Shown in pieces: positions 1 through 8,992 of a stretch of 23,022 nt of DNA. The stretch is from Candidatus Thorarchaeota archaeon (GTDB taxonomy: Archaea > Asgardarchaeota > Thorarchaeia > Thorarchaeales > Thorarchaeaceae). The notes beneath the pieces were generated by a model that was not told where the DNA came from, did no database searches, and saw only the letters and a list, made by a program, of their open reading frames with translations. Numbering within the stretch: the stretch's first letter is position 1; every line of letters starts with the position of its first letter. The position numbers were made by a program, and so were the translations under genes. The stretch covers positions 1 to 23,022 of the forward strand of contig JAEOUG010000156.1 of NCBI GenBank assembly GCA_016839445.1. The letters are read 5' to 3'.

Positions 1-711
1 GACCTGTTCTTGGATGGTGACCTCCTCTCCAAGAACGACCTTGTGTGTATCGATGATGACAAGCATGCCCAGCTTGGAGTACTTCCCTATTGTTAGCTCG
101 TTGGCACGAATCATACAGGCCATTCCTATGTCCACGTGGTCGCCAATGACAATCTTCTTGCAGTCGAGAATAGAGAGTGGTCCGATGTTGACACCCTCCC
201 CGATCGTTGCACCCCGGCGACGGTAGTCAGCTCTTTTGAGACCTGACGGCAGGAGGCCAATAGTTGCCATCTTCCCTATGGGCATGCTCAGTAGGTCGGG
301 GTCTCCCACGGGAGTCCTCACGAAGAAGAAGGGACCAAAGAGAACCGCGAGAAGAGAGAGCCCTCGAAGCCCTCCAACAAACAAGTTGTAGTCCCCTATT
401 GCTACAGCAAGGCTGTTGCCAAACAGGAGCCACTGGTGCTGCACATCATAGAGCACGAACAGAATCACCCACACTAGTCCCACGAGGAGCATGCCACTTC
501 GCTTGTACTCTGGAACGATTCTGAACACCGTTCTGATGACTATCAAGATCAGCAGGAATAGGCCGAGGGACCTGAGGACATAGGAGAGACCGGTCGCCAG
601 ATACGGTGATGCGAAGCTCTCCCAACTCCATTCAAAGAGCAGAGCGGTAAGAGGAACAACAAGCCCTGCTAGCATTGCGTAGACTCTGCTCTTGGGACTC
701 TGGTCAACCAT
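1..711 (-). CDS. Membrane protein (about 4 TM) fused to a left-handed beta-helix (hexapeptide repeat) acyltransferase-like domain; 3' end runs off the window
   Basis: Own translation of the minus strand, absent from the ORF track because it has no stop in the window: MVDQSPKSRVYAMLAGLVVPLTALLF...LVWVILFVLYD...GDYNLFVGGLRGLSLLAVLFGPFFF...RRRGATIGEGVNIGPLSILDCKKIVIGDHVDIGMACMIRANELTIGKYSKLG...VVLGEEVTIQEQV. Shows [LIV]-G-x4 periodicity. GGAGGT SD precedes ATG 711; an alternative in-frame ATG is at 726. Confidence 0.8.
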   Translation of the reverse strand, partial: MVDQSPKSRVYAMLAGLVVPLTALLFEWSWESFASPYLATGLSYVLRSLGLFLLILIVIRTVFRIVPEYKRSGMLLVGLVWVILFVLYDVQHQWLLFGNSLAVAIGDYNLFVGGLRGLSLLAVLFGPFFFVRTPVGDPDLLSMPIGKMATIGLLPSGLKRADYRRRGATIGEGVNIGPLSILDCKKIVIGDHVDIGMACMIRANELTIGKYSKLGMLVIIDTHKVVLGEEVTIQEQV

Positions 712-850
712 GTGGTGTACCTCCATACAAACGTGATGATTGGGAGTGCCGAGGATTGATTGTCGTATATTACGCTTGCCGTACTGCCTCCGAAGCGCCT
801 AGGAAAGGTTATTACGACCATGAAGGCAGACCGTCTGAGGCGACCTCCAT

Positions 851-2206
851 ATGCTGTCTGCAATCAGTCTGGGCATCTACGAGTTCAGGAAGTACCTGGT
901 ACTCAGCCTCATGATTTCCCTGATTGCGATACCAATCTGTGACGCAATGGTCATCCAGCGTGACAGAAACAGAAACGAGATGTATGGGGAGGCCTTCTGG
1001 ATCTACGGATTCAGTATCTACACTATGAGTGACCGAGAGCTAGCAGAGGCCCTTCCACCAGAGTGGGGCTACAATGACGGGAATCATGTCCTTCCAGAAT
1101 ACTTGGAGAATGTGAACTACGAGTATCCTGTCTTCGGCCTGATCTTCTTTGCCATAGCCACATGGCTGTATCCAGGTACCGGTGGCCTTCAACCCATGTG
1201 GCTCAACTTCCTTCTTGTTCTCGTGTTCAATCTGAATCTGGTTCTAATCGCGATTCTACTTCGGGAAAAGTTGCACAAGGCCAACTGGGCTCGTTTCTTC
1301 TTTGCCGGTTACTTCACGTATGGTCTCTTGATGTCTGCCGGCGGTGGCAAGCTTGAACCAATCGTCGATTGCCTGCTCCTGATGTCACTTGTCCTGTGGA
1401 GGGAGAATCAGAACGGGAAGGCGATGTTCACCCTCGGTCTATCGGTGCAGACGAAGCTGTACACAGCGGTTGCCTTTCCTCTTATGTTTCTGGCGAGTCC
1501 ACTCTCTTCTGTGTGGTTCATCCTCTCCCTTCTGATGACTGTGGTTCCAGTCTTCTTTGGGGCTGACTTCGGATCATTGATCTCTCATCTCTTCAATCTC
1601 TCGAGCTACAGCTCGTACATCGTCAACCCACTCTATCCTGGGCTTGCCTTTTCCACACCTGAACTTGTAGACAATGTGGTGGTTTCCACGTATCCGTGGC
1701 CTCCCGCCCTGATTCCTCTCACAATCTACGCGTTCTTTATGCTGTCCACAATCAAGACCTACATACCCGAGAGGAGAGAGTTTGAGGGCAAGTCATTCCG
1801 TATGAAGCTGCTCACCCTGAGACCATTCTACCTGTATCTCCTACCCGGGATACTCTTTGTCTTCCGCTGGGTGATGCCGTGGTATCTCTACTGGTTAGCT
1901 CCACTTGTTGTGCTATACGACCGGGATGAAAGGGCCAGGGGCTATCTACAGCAAGTCACGCTCATAGGGCTCCTCTACATGCTGGGTCTACTTGCCAACT
2001 GGCCGTACTTCTGGGCTAACCCACTTCCTCAGTTCATGGAGCACTTCCCGTATGGCTTATGGACGATAGGAGGTCTGTTCCTCTTGGTCTTGCTGACCGG
2101 AGTGGCCTTTGTCATCTGGAAATGGGTCTTCTCAAGGAGGTCACGTCTAGATGAGAAGGCTGCGGAGAAACGTGCCGCAGAGATGAGTGGAGAACTCATC
2201 ATATAG
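851..2206 (+). CDS. Multi-pass GT-C fold glycosyltransferase, GT87/DUF2029/PIG-M-like (lipid-phosphate-sugar dependent)
   Basis: 451 aa with many hydrophobic segments. Acidic N-terminal loop ending YEYPVFGLIFF, GKLEPIVDCLLL...LGLSVQTKLYTAVAFP and VMPWYLYWLAPL motifs are typical of GT87-like proteins. Confidence 0.7.
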   Translation: MLSAISLGIYEFRKYLVLSLMISLIAIPICDAMVIQRDRNRNEMYGEAFWIYGFSIYTMSDRELAEALPPEWGYNDGNHVLPEYLENVNYEYPVFGLIFFAIATWLYPGTGGLQPMWLNFLLVLVFNLNLVLIAILLREKLHKANWARFFFAGYFTYGLLMSAGGGKLEPIVDCLLLMSLVLWRENQNGKAMFTLGLSVQTKLYTAVAFPLMFLASPLSSVWFILSLLMTVVPVFFGADFGSLISHLFNLSSYSSYIVNPLYPGLAFSTPELVDNVVVSTYPWPPALIPLTIYAFFMLSTIKTYIPERREFEGKSFRMKLLTLRPFYLYLLPGILFVFRWVMPWYLYWLAPLVVLYDRDERARGYLQQVTLIGLLYMLGLLANWPYFWANPLPQFMEHFPYGLWTIGGLFLLVLLTGVAFVIWKWVFSRRSRLDEKAAEKRAAEMSGELII

Positions 2207-2677
2207 TCACTTTGCACGCCCGTTCTCTCTATAGAACTTCAGAATGCGTTCTCTGATTTGGGTCGAAGAGCAGAGGCCATCTGCTGTCATCTTCCCGAAC
2301 CTCACTATACGTGTCTTGAGCCCCCTCTGAGCAATCGCCTGCCCCAATCTATCTGTGTCTGTGATCTGGTCATATCCGAGGGCTATCACGTCCGGTCTGA
2401 TCATCATGACAATCTCTGAGTGATCCTCAGTATCGAGTCCAATCACTGCTCTGTCAACCATCCAGAGGGATTCGACCAGACGTTTCCTCTGCTCCTGCGG
2501 GAAGACGGGAGGTGCTCCTCTTTCTCGCTCTATGGTCTTGTCTAGAGCGATGACTACAACAAGCTCGCCATCCTCCCCTGCAAGCTCTTTGGCTTGCTCT
2601 AGGTATGCCAAATGGCCTAAGTGGAGAATGTCGAACTTCCCTGCTGCGAGCACAGTTCTTCGGGTCACAGACTTCAC
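2207..2677 (-). CDS. ribL: Archaeal FAD synthase (FMN adenylyltransferase, cytidylyltransferase fold)
   Basis: AAGKFDILHLGH (HxGH), ELVVVIALD, RPDVIALGYDQ, CSSTQIRERI; GTG start. Confidence 0.85.
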   Translation of the reverse strand: MKSVTRRTVLAAGKFDILHLGHLAYLEQAKELAGEDGELVVVIALDKTIERERGAPPVFPQEQRKRLVESLWMVDRAVIGLDTEDHSEIVMMIRPDVIALGYDQITDTDRLGQAIAQRGLKTRIVRFGKMTADGLCSSTQIRERILKFYRENGRAK

Positions 2678-2692
2678 CCTTTTCAGGGTCCT

Positions 2693-2977
2693 CTAGTCCT
2701 CATCAACGGCGAGGAACTCGCTATCTTCAGTGATTACTTCAATTCTCCGCTTCGTCTTCGTAATCTGGCTGACATGTACAAGACCGTTGATTTCCAGTTG
2801 AAGAAGTGCAGAATTGAGTTCAGCATCACTCGGCTCTGTGCCCAGCTCCTTCTTGAGAGCTCTGATTAGCTCGTCATCCAAAATGACGCCGTGTCTTTTT
2901 CTAACGATTTGAACCACCAAGTTGGTGAGAGGGAGTGCGTTCCAGGGTGCCAATCTACTATCACCTTCTTCATCCAT
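2693..2977 (-). CDS. Small winged-helix protein overlapping the cdc48 stop, function unknown
   Basis: [26 protein letters not shown]...[17 protein letters not shown] fits a wHTH pattern; 8-nt overlap with the cdc48 3' end; acidic tail. Confidence 0.7.
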   Translation of the reverse strand: MDEEGDSRLAPWNALPLTNLVVQIVRKRHGVILDDELIRALKKELGTEPSDAELNSALLQLEINGLVHVSQITKTKRRIEVITEDSEFLAVDED

Positions 2978-5168
2978 AGTGTGCGAGTGTTGCAGCGTCT
3001 GCCTCGGTGCTTCTGCGGAGAACCTGGTCCAGCTTGCTGTACCTGTCCAGCATTTCCTTGGTTACTGATGAGTGTACTCCCTTGAGGGCCTGCTCGAAGT
3101 GCCTCCACGACACCTTCTCGATCTCAGTGTCCTCACGTAGGGCACGCATTCCGGCCTCTCTACACAGGGCTTCTATGTCGCCGCCCACATAGTGTTCTGT
3201 CAGCTCCACCAATCGGGCTAGGTCGACATCATCATCAATGGGCATGTCTTGAGTGTATATCTCGAAGATGGCCTTTCTGCTCGCCGCATCTGGAGCGTTG
3301 ACGTACACAAACCGGTCAAAACGGCCTGTTCGCAGCAGAGCCTTGTCAATAGACTCCGGTCTGTTTGTTGCCGCAATTACGACTATGTCCTTCATGGACT
3401 CAAGGCCGTCCATCTCGGTGAGCAACTGACTGATTACTCTCTCAGTATGATGGAAGTCGCTTGATCCTCCACCACCTCTTGCGGGCGCAATGGCATCAAT
3501 CTCGTCGAAGAAGATGATTGAAGGTGCAGCAGTCCTGGCCTTTCGGAAGACCTCTCTGACCGCCTTCTCGCTCTCTCCCACCCACTTCGAGATGAGTTCT
3601 GGTCCCTTCACGCTGATGAAGTTGGCTTCGCTCTCTGTGGCGACTGCCCTGGCAAGGAGTGTTTTGCCACAACCGGGTGGACCAAAGATGAGAACGCCCT
3701 TCGGTGGCGTAATCCCAATCCTACTAAATGATTCAGGTCGCTTCAGAGGCCACTCGACAACTTCCACGAGTTCCTGTTTGACATCATCCAGTCCGCCGAT
3801 ATCGCTCCATCTCACATTCGGAACCTCTACAAACACCTCACGCACGGCTGAAGGCTGAATCTCCTTCAGAGCCTCGAGGAAATCGCCATTGTGAACCTCT
3901 AGTATGTCGAGGACATCCTGCGGTATCTCTTCATCTTCTAGATTGATTTGAGGCAGGTACCTTCGAAGCGCCTTCATAGCGGCCTCTCTACACAGGGCCT
4001 GAAGATCTGCACCAACGAAGCCATGAGTAGTCTTGGCAAGCTGCTGCAGGTCAACGGCATTTGGGCCTTCTGCAGTGAGCGGCATTCCTCTTGAGTGGAT
4101 ATGAATTACCTCCAGTCTACCAATCTCGTCTGGTACTCCAATCTCTATCTCTCTGTCGAATCTGCCTGGCCTTCTCAAGGCTGGGTCTAGGGCATTGACG
4201 CGGTTGGTTGCACCAATCACCACAACCTGCCCTCTTGCCTTTAGACCATCCATGGTTGCCAAGAGCTGAGCCACAACTCGCCTCTCGACCTCTCCTTGAA
4301 CATCCTCACGCTTTGGCGCAATCGCATCAAGCTCGTCGATGAAGATGATGCTTGGAGCATTCTCTTCCGCGTCTTCGAAGATCTTCCTTAGCTTTTGCTC
4401 TGACTCGCCATAGAACTTCGACATGATTTCTGGGCCGTTGATGTGCACGAAGTTTGCTTCGGATTCTCCTGCTACTGCCTTGGCCAAGAGGGTCTTTCCT
4501 GTTCCTGGCGGACCGTGAAGTATGAGTCCACGAGGCGGATCAATTCCTAGCCTCTTGAAGATCTCAGGATGTCGCATTGGCAGCTCGACCATCTCTCTAA
4601 TCCGCTGAATCTCATCAGCAAGACCACCAATCTCTTCGTAGGTGACCTGTGCGGTGCCAACAATGTCTCCGGTCGGCTTCTCAGCGATGGCTAGCACCGT
4701 TGAGTTGTGGACAACAACAGTCCCTGAAGGCTTGATACCTGTTACTTTGAACGGTATCGCCCGCCCCAAGATAGGGATGAACACCGTGTCCTGAGTTGTC
4801 ACTGGGCAGTTCAGCAGTTTTCGCTTCACGAACTCCTCGAAGCGTGGCTCCGGTCGTATTGGAACTGAAGTGGGCGCCAGTGTGACACTCTTCGCAGGCT
4901 CCTCATTTGCCTTTGATACCGTGACCTTCTCACTTAGGCTCACCCCTGCATTCCTTCTGATTCGCCCATCCATTCGAATGATCTCTCGACCCTTATCACC
5001 TTGATATGCAGGCCAAGCTATGGCCGCAGTAACCCGCTTCCCCTTGATCTGGATGATGTCTCCAGTCCTGACACCCAGCTTCTCCATGGAAACGGCATCG
5101 ATTCTAACAATGAACCTACCGATATCTCGATGCTCAGCCTCTGCAACCTTAAGAACAATCTCGACCAC
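2970..5168 (-). CDS. cdc48: CDC48/VCP/p97 (VAT) AAA+ ATPase
   Basis: N domain plus two AAA modules ([16 protein letters not shown]; [16 protein letters not shown]), RPGRFDRE, C-terminal HYG; GTG start. Confidence 0.98.
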   Translation of the reverse strand: MVEIVLKVAEAEHRDIGRFIVRIDAVSMEKLGVRTGDIIQIKGKRVTAAIAWPAYQGDKGREIIRMDGRIRRNAGVSLSEKVTVSKANEEPAKSVTLAPTSVPIRPEPRFEEFVKRKLLNCPVTTQDTVFIPILGRAIPFKVTGIKPSGTVVVHNSTVLAIAEKPTGDIVGTAQVTYEEIGGLADEIQRIREMVELPMRHPEIFKRLGIDPPRGLILHGPPGTGKTLLAKAVAGESEANFVHINGPEIMSKFYGESEQKLRKIFEDAEENAPSIIFIDELDAIAPKREDVQGEVERRVVAQLLATMDGLKARGQVVVIGATNRVNALDPALRRPGRFDREIEIGVPDEIGRLEVIHIHSRGMPLTAEGPNAVDLQQLAKTTHGFVGADLQALCREAAMKALRRYLPQINLEDEEIPQDVLDILEVHNGDFLEALKEIQPSAVREVFVEVPNVRWSDIGGLDDVKQELVEVVEWPLKRPESFSRIGITPPKGVLIFGPPGCGKTLLARAVATESEANFISVKGPELISKWVGESEKAVREVFRKARTAAPSIIFFDEIDAIAPARGGGGSSDFHHTERVISQLLTEMDGLESMKDIVVIAATNRPESIDKALLRTGRFDRFVYVNAPDAASRKAIFEIYTQDMPIDDDVDLARLVELTEHYVGGDIEALCREAGMRALREDTEIEKVSWRHFEQALKGVHSSVTKEMLDRYSKLDQVLRRSTEADAATLAHYG

Positions 5169-5335
5169 TGTTTAGAAGCATCCTCCAGAACTTATGTGAC
5201 GCCAGAAATCGGACGGAATGCCATCAATCATCAGACTCCGTCTTTTATCCGTTATTGAATATTTCCTTAGGACTCAATATAACCCGCTATTAGAAACCTG
5301 ATAAAATGTCCCTGAATGGACAGAATACTGCTGTT

Positions 5336-5602
5336 TCACATTCTCGAGACAATCTCGACTTCGACTTGTGCGACACCTTCCACGGAGCTGATGGCCTTCT
5401 CGATGTCGTCGGTGCCGCCCATGGACTCGTCTCTTGCGAAGTTCATCCTGAGTGCCTGAAGCCCAAAAGCAACAGGTTGCTTCTCAACGGCTCTCAGATC
5501 TGTTCCCTCCGGGATGACTGCCTTGATGTCCTCCAAGAGCTGGTCGAGGTCAATGTCAACGTCCTCTGGCATGACGCGCAGTGTCATTATCACTCTAGCC
5601 AT
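5336..5602 (-). CDS. ef1b: Archaeal elongation factor 1-beta
   Basis: MARVIMTLRVMPEDVDIDLD...PVAFGLQAL...VEGVAQVEVEIVSRM. Start moved from 5683 to ATG 5602 to fit family length (88 aa) and avoid overlap with the upstream gene. Confidence 0.95.
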   Translation of the reverse strand: MARVIMTLRVMPEDVDIDLDQLLEDIKAVIPEGTDLRAVEKQPVAFGLQALRMNFARDESMGGTDDIEKAISSVEGVAQVEVEIVSRM

Positions 5603-5625
5603 CGATGTCGTTCTCCGTATTCCGA

Positions 5626-5802
5626 TTATGGTCCCTCGAAGCCACAGTTGGGGCAGGTGTATCTGTTGGAGAATCTCCTGCACGATTCGCAGCGCCAGAT
5701 TGTGAACTCACCACAGGATGGACATCTGAACTTCACGCTGCTCTCCTGAGGTGACACTGACGCATGGCATGAAGTGCACCTTGTCGCTTTTATCGCTGCC
5801 AA
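5626..5802 (-). CDS. Double Zn-ribbon protein (DUF1610/HVO_2753-like), commonly upstream of aEF1-beta
   Basis: CTSC, FRCPSCGE, IWRCESCRR, YTCPNCGFEGP; probable TTG start at 5802 behind a GGTGA SD. Confidence 0.9.
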   Translation of the reverse strand: MAAIKATRCTSCHASVSPQESSVKFRCPSCGEFTIWRCESCRRFSNRYTCPNCGFEGP

Positions 5803-5868
5803 ATAATCACCAGAATCGGTCAGTAGCGGTACCTTCGGCACCGTTTTTTGGGGCGAGTTGGCGAATCA

Positions 5869-5875
5869 TTATAAA
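5869..5875. promoter_or_regulatory. TATA box, possibly shared by the divergent Zn-ribbon/ef1b and fen1 units
   Basis: Reads TTATAAA on + and TTTATAA on -; the clearest AT-rich box in the divergent gap. Confidence 0.5.
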
Positions 5876-5951
5876 CCTGTCGAAGTGTAGTAGACACTTG
5901 GAGCTTCTTAGGGGTCCAAAACCCATTTGGGGCCCAAAGGGGTGCTGAACC

Positions 5952-6983
5952 ATGGGTACCAAGCTTGGAGATATCGTGGAGGCCAAGGTGATCTCATTGC
6001 GTGAGCTATCTGGGAGGAAGATAGCCATTGATGCTTTCAACACAATCTATGCCTTCTTGGCCTCGATTCGTCAGCCCGACGGGACTCCTCTGATGGACTC
6101 AAAGAAGCGAGTCACAAGCCATCTCAGTGGGCTCTTCTACCGTACGTTGAACCTCTTGGAGCAGGGTATTTACCCCGCCTATGTCTTTGATGGAGAAGCT
6201 CCGCAACTCAAGGCGGAGGAAGTGGCCAGGCGGAGGGAAGCTAGAGAAGAAGCCTATCAGGAGTGGCAGACTGCCAAGGAAGAGGGCCGAATCGATGACG
6301 CACGCAAGGCCGCACAGGCGAGCTCGCGGCTTACAACCGAGATGATTGAGGAGAGCAAAGAGCTGTTGGAGGCCTTAGGGATTCCCACAATCCAGGCTCC
6401 TTCGGAGGGTGAAGCCATGGCTGCACAGATGGCCAGGGCTGGTGATGTCTGGGCCAGTGCCAGTCAGGACAATGACTCTCTGCTTTACAACTGTCCCCGT
6501 ATGATTCGAAATCTGTCAGTTTCAGGAAGGAGGAGGTCAACCAGATCTGGCGGATACAGGACCATCGAACCCGAGTTGATTGAGCTGGACCTCAATCTAC
6601 GAGCTCTCGGGATAAGCAGGGAGCAGCTGATAGATGTGGCCATCTTGGTGGGAACAGATTACAATGAAGGAGTCAAGGGCGTTGGCCCGAAGACCGCACT
6701 GAAGCTCGTCAAGAAGCACGGGAACCTAGAAGCCTTGGAGCCTTCCAAGGGTCCGTTCGACTTCCCCTACAGAGAAATCCGAGACATCTTTCTGAATCCT
6801 CCAGAGTCAGAGCTCGTACCACTCGCCTGGAAGAAGCATAATCCTGAGAAGATTCACGCGATTCTGTGTGAGGAACATGACTTCGGCGAGAATAGGGTCC
6901 AGCGGTCACTTGAACGACTTGAGGCAGCTCTAGAGGAGATACGGGGTTCGACAGAACAGAGTTCACTCACCGACTTCTTCTAG
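5952..6983 (+). CDS. fen: Flap endonuclease 1
   Basis: IAIDAFNTIYAFLASIRQPDGTPLMD, QAPSEGEAMAA, ILVGTDYNEGVKGVGPKTA, C-terminal PIP box QSSLTDFF. Confidence 0.98.
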   Translation: MGTKLGDIVEAKVISLRELSGRKIAIDAFNTIYAFLASIRQPDGTPLMDSKKRVTSHLSGLFYRTLNLLEQGIYPAYVFDGEAPQLKAEEVARRREAREEAYQEWQTAKEEGRIDDARKAAQASSRLTTEMIEESKELLEALGIPTIQAPSEGEAMAAQMARAGDVWASASQDNDSLLYNCPRMIRNLSVSGRRRSTRSGGYRTIEPELIELDLNLRALGISREQLIDVAILVGTDYNEGVKGVGPKTALKLVKKHGNLEALEPSKGPFDFPYREIRDIFLNPPESELVPLAWKKHNPEKIHAILCEEHDFGENRVQRSLERLEAALEEIRGSTEQSSLTDFF

Positions 6984-7020
6984 CAGGTCCGGGAGTAACA
7001 GTCTTAACGAGTTTGTCGAG

Positions 7021-7068
7021 CTGGTGAACACCAGGTTGCGAGATTGATATATACCATTGTCGCGACAA
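7021..7068 (+). promoter_or_regulatory. Putative promoter of the RPA32-like gene: TATA flanked by two palindromes
   Basis: CTGGTG-AA-CACCAG (7021-7034), ATATATA (7047-7053), TTGTCGCGACAA (7057-7068). Confidence 0.45.
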
Positions 7069-7093
7069 GATGTAGAGGTCTGGTGATTCATCC

Positions 7094-7810
7094 GTGCAAT
7101 CATGGCAACCACGACAAATAGCCATCCGAGCGTCTGTTTCCGATATTGTAGAGGGCGAGTTCCTCGAGGATGGAGGAAAGCGAATCCTCTCGCCTCACGG
7201 AGTGGAGATGAGGCGAGTTGTCATAGTTGGCCTCATCACTGAGCATTTCATCAGAGAGGCCGAGGGTGACAAGCAGAGATACGAGACTATCACAGTGGAC
7301 GATGGTTCGGGAGCGATTCGACTGAAAGCATGGGGCGAACGTGGCTCGAACTTGCTGAAGAGTGGTCAGGATGGTGCGTTGGTGCTTGTCGTGGGCAAGG
7401 TTGAGAAATACGGTGAAGAGATCCACATTGACCCAGAGCTTGTAAGGGAGATCAGCGACCCCAACGTCATGAGCCTTCATCTACTCGAAAGGTATGAAAC
7501 CATCCTGAAGAGGACTGGCGTGGTGCTTCCTGAAACCTCTCCATACCAACAGGAATCCTTGGAGGCCGACTACAGTGAATCCGCTCCGAAGTCCAAGGGA
7601 CGCCCGACTATCGGTGGCATAACTGGGGAGATTCTTGGCTTCATTCGTGAGAAGGCTCAGCCCGAAGGAGTCCACATGAAAGACATAGTGGCCCACTTCG
7701 AGAAGAAGGGTCTTGAGTCAAAGGAGATTCAAGAGAAGGTGTTCAGTCTCTATGCAGATGATGCCATAATCGAGGTATCTGCTGCCAGGTATAGAGCCCT
7801 TGATGACTGA
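7094..7810 (+). CDS. RPA32/RPA2-like ssDNA-binding subunit (OB fold, linker, C-terminal winged helix)
   Basis: RRVVIVGLI...ITVDDGSGAIRLKAW...VLVVGKV...ISDPNVMSLHLLE OB fold; low-complexity linker; EILGFIRE..PEGV...IIEVSAARYRAL WH domain. GTG start with GGTGA SD. Confidence 0.82.
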   Translation: MQSWQPRQIAIRASVSDIVEGEFLEDGGKRILSPHGVEMRRVVIVGLITEHFIREAEGDKQRYETITVDDGSGAIRLKAWGERGSNLLKSGQDGALVLVVGKVEKYGEEIHIDPELVREISDPNVMSLHLLERYETILKRTGVVLPETSPYQQESLEADYSESAPKSKGRPTIGGITGEILGFIREKAQPEGVHMKDIVAHFEKKGLESKEIQEKVFSLYADDAIIEVSAARYRALDD

Positions 7811-7864
7811 AGCCATGACATCTGCATCAATACCTTCAATAGCGTAGTTGAGGGACAAACAAGT

Positions 7865-8278
7865 ATGGACGACTATGACAACCTCCTGGATCGCGCACGA
7901 TCACAAGTACCTGAGGATGCATTCAAGCGGTCAGGAGAACGTTTCAGAGTGCCCAAGGTTCAGCTGATGGTCCAGGGGAACCGAAGCATTTGGCAGAACT
8001 TCCAAGATGTCATCAACGCACTTAACCGTCCTGGGAAGGAGGTTCTGAAGTTCGTTTCTGGCCAGCTCGGTACCGCAGGGAACGTCGAGGGTAGCAACGC
8101 CCTGTTCAACGGGAAATTCACTGAGCAGGCACTCTCCGAGGTGATCGACAAGTACATCGAATCGTACGTCATATGTCCAGTCTGTACTCGCCCTGACACA
8201 GACATAATCAAAGACTCCGGTGCATATTATCTTCGCTGCAGCGCTTGTGGCGCTCGTACTTCTATCAGACCTGTCTAG
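7865..8278 (+). CDS. eif2b: Translation initiation factor 2 beta subunit
   Basis: YDNLLDRA, ERFRVP, YVICPVCTRPDT, LRCSACGA zinc ribbon. Confidence 0.96.
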   Translation: MDDYDNLLDRARSQVPEDAFKRSGERFRVPKVQLMVQGNRSIWQNFQDVINALNRPGKEVLKFVSGQLGTAGNVEGSNALFNGKFTEQALSEVIDKYIESYVICPVCTRPDTDIIKDSGAYYLRCSACGARTSIRPV

Positions 8279-8296
8279 TTGGGGGCTTCCTTCGCA

Positions 8297-8596
8297 ATGA
8301 CCCAAGTCTATCTCAAAGTCCGTGAGAACTTCGAGCACTACATTGTAGCAATGTGTGACAAGGCGCTTCTAGGACAGACGCTGAGCCATGGTGAAGTCAA
8401 GTTCAAGGTAAGCGAGGACTTCTACGGAGGCGATCTTGTCGACCTGAAGACCTGCATTGAGCATCTCTCTCGAGCAACAATCGCCAATATGGTCGGGAAG
8501 AGGTCTGTCGATGCCGCCATCCGCGCAGGATTCGTCAATGAGCAGGCCGTTCTATACATTGAAGGGCATCCACACGCGCAATGGGTTAAGCTCTAG
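8297..8596 (+). CDS. DUF424 family protein
   Basis: IVAMCDKALLG, VSEDFYGG, ATIANMVGKRSVDAAI, IEGHPHAQ; ATG 8297 preferred. Confidence 0.9.
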   Translation: MTQVYLKVRENFEHYIVAMCDKALLGQTLSHGEVKFKVSEDFYGGDLVDLKTCIEHLSRATIANMVGKRSVDAAIRAGFVNEQAVLYIEGHPHAQWVKL

Positions 8597-8602
8597 GGCA
8601 AG

Positions 8603-8980
8603 TCAATGGTGAGCTCTTCCGCCACCGCATAGGCCCTCTGCACCCATAGGCTGCGCAGATCCCTCTATGTACATTTCAACAGCTTCTCTCACAGTGCCCG
8701 CTCTTCCTCTTATCACCTTCAGGCCAACTTGCTGAGCCGCCATGAATGGTCTTCCACCCATACCGAGGGTTATCAGGACATTCACACCGTTCTCTGCTAG
8801 AAGGTTCACAGGTTGAGCACAACTTGTGTGTCCGCCATTGTAGATTGTCTCAACATTCACAATCTCACCATTCTCAACAGTCGACACGATGAAGGCCCTA
8901 CAATGACCGAAGTGTCCGCTTATCGGGCTATCAAGCCCGTTGTCAACCTCTGCTGTAACTGCTATTCTCTCAATTGCCAA
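8603..8980 (-). CDS. NifB/NifX (FeMo-cofactor-binding fold) family protein
   Basis: RIAV...SPISGHFGHCRAF...GVNVLITLGMG...GTVREAVE, Cys/His-containing tail (LCGGGRAHH); TTG start. Confidence 0.88.
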   Translation of the reverse strand: MAIERIAVTAEVDNGLDSPISGHFGHCRAFIVSTVENGEIVNVETIYNGGHTSCAQPVNLLAENGVNVLITLGMGGRPFMAAQQVGLKVIRGRAGTVREAVEMYIEGSAQPMGAEGLCGGGRAHH

Positions 8981-8992
8981 TTGGTCGTCACC

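Noticed and set aside
733-790. GTGATGA...CCGA resembling a C/D box sRNA
   Set aside because: The guide is only 9 nt, there is no convincing C' box or terminal CTGA, and it overlaps the likely divergent promoters.
5253-5279. TATTGA-N15-TCAATA inverted repeat at the cdc48 promoter
   Set aside because: Six-bp AT-rich arms in an AT-rich region are expected by chance, and I cannot match them to a known heat-shock operator.
5212-5338. Possible SECIS element downstream of the TGA-ending ef1b gene
   Set aside because: The hairpin is far too short for a SECIS, EF1-beta is complete at its TGA, and I saw no in-frame TGA at a Cys-like position in any gene.
5827-5849. Hairpin plus T6 resembling a + strand intrinsic terminator
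   Set aside because: No credible + strand gene lies upstream, and the stem pairs better (G-U) on the minus strand, where it falls in a 5' leader.
8603-8980. Nitrogen fixation inferred from the NifX-like gene
   Set aside because: No nifHDK is present, and the family is widespread in non-diazotrophs.
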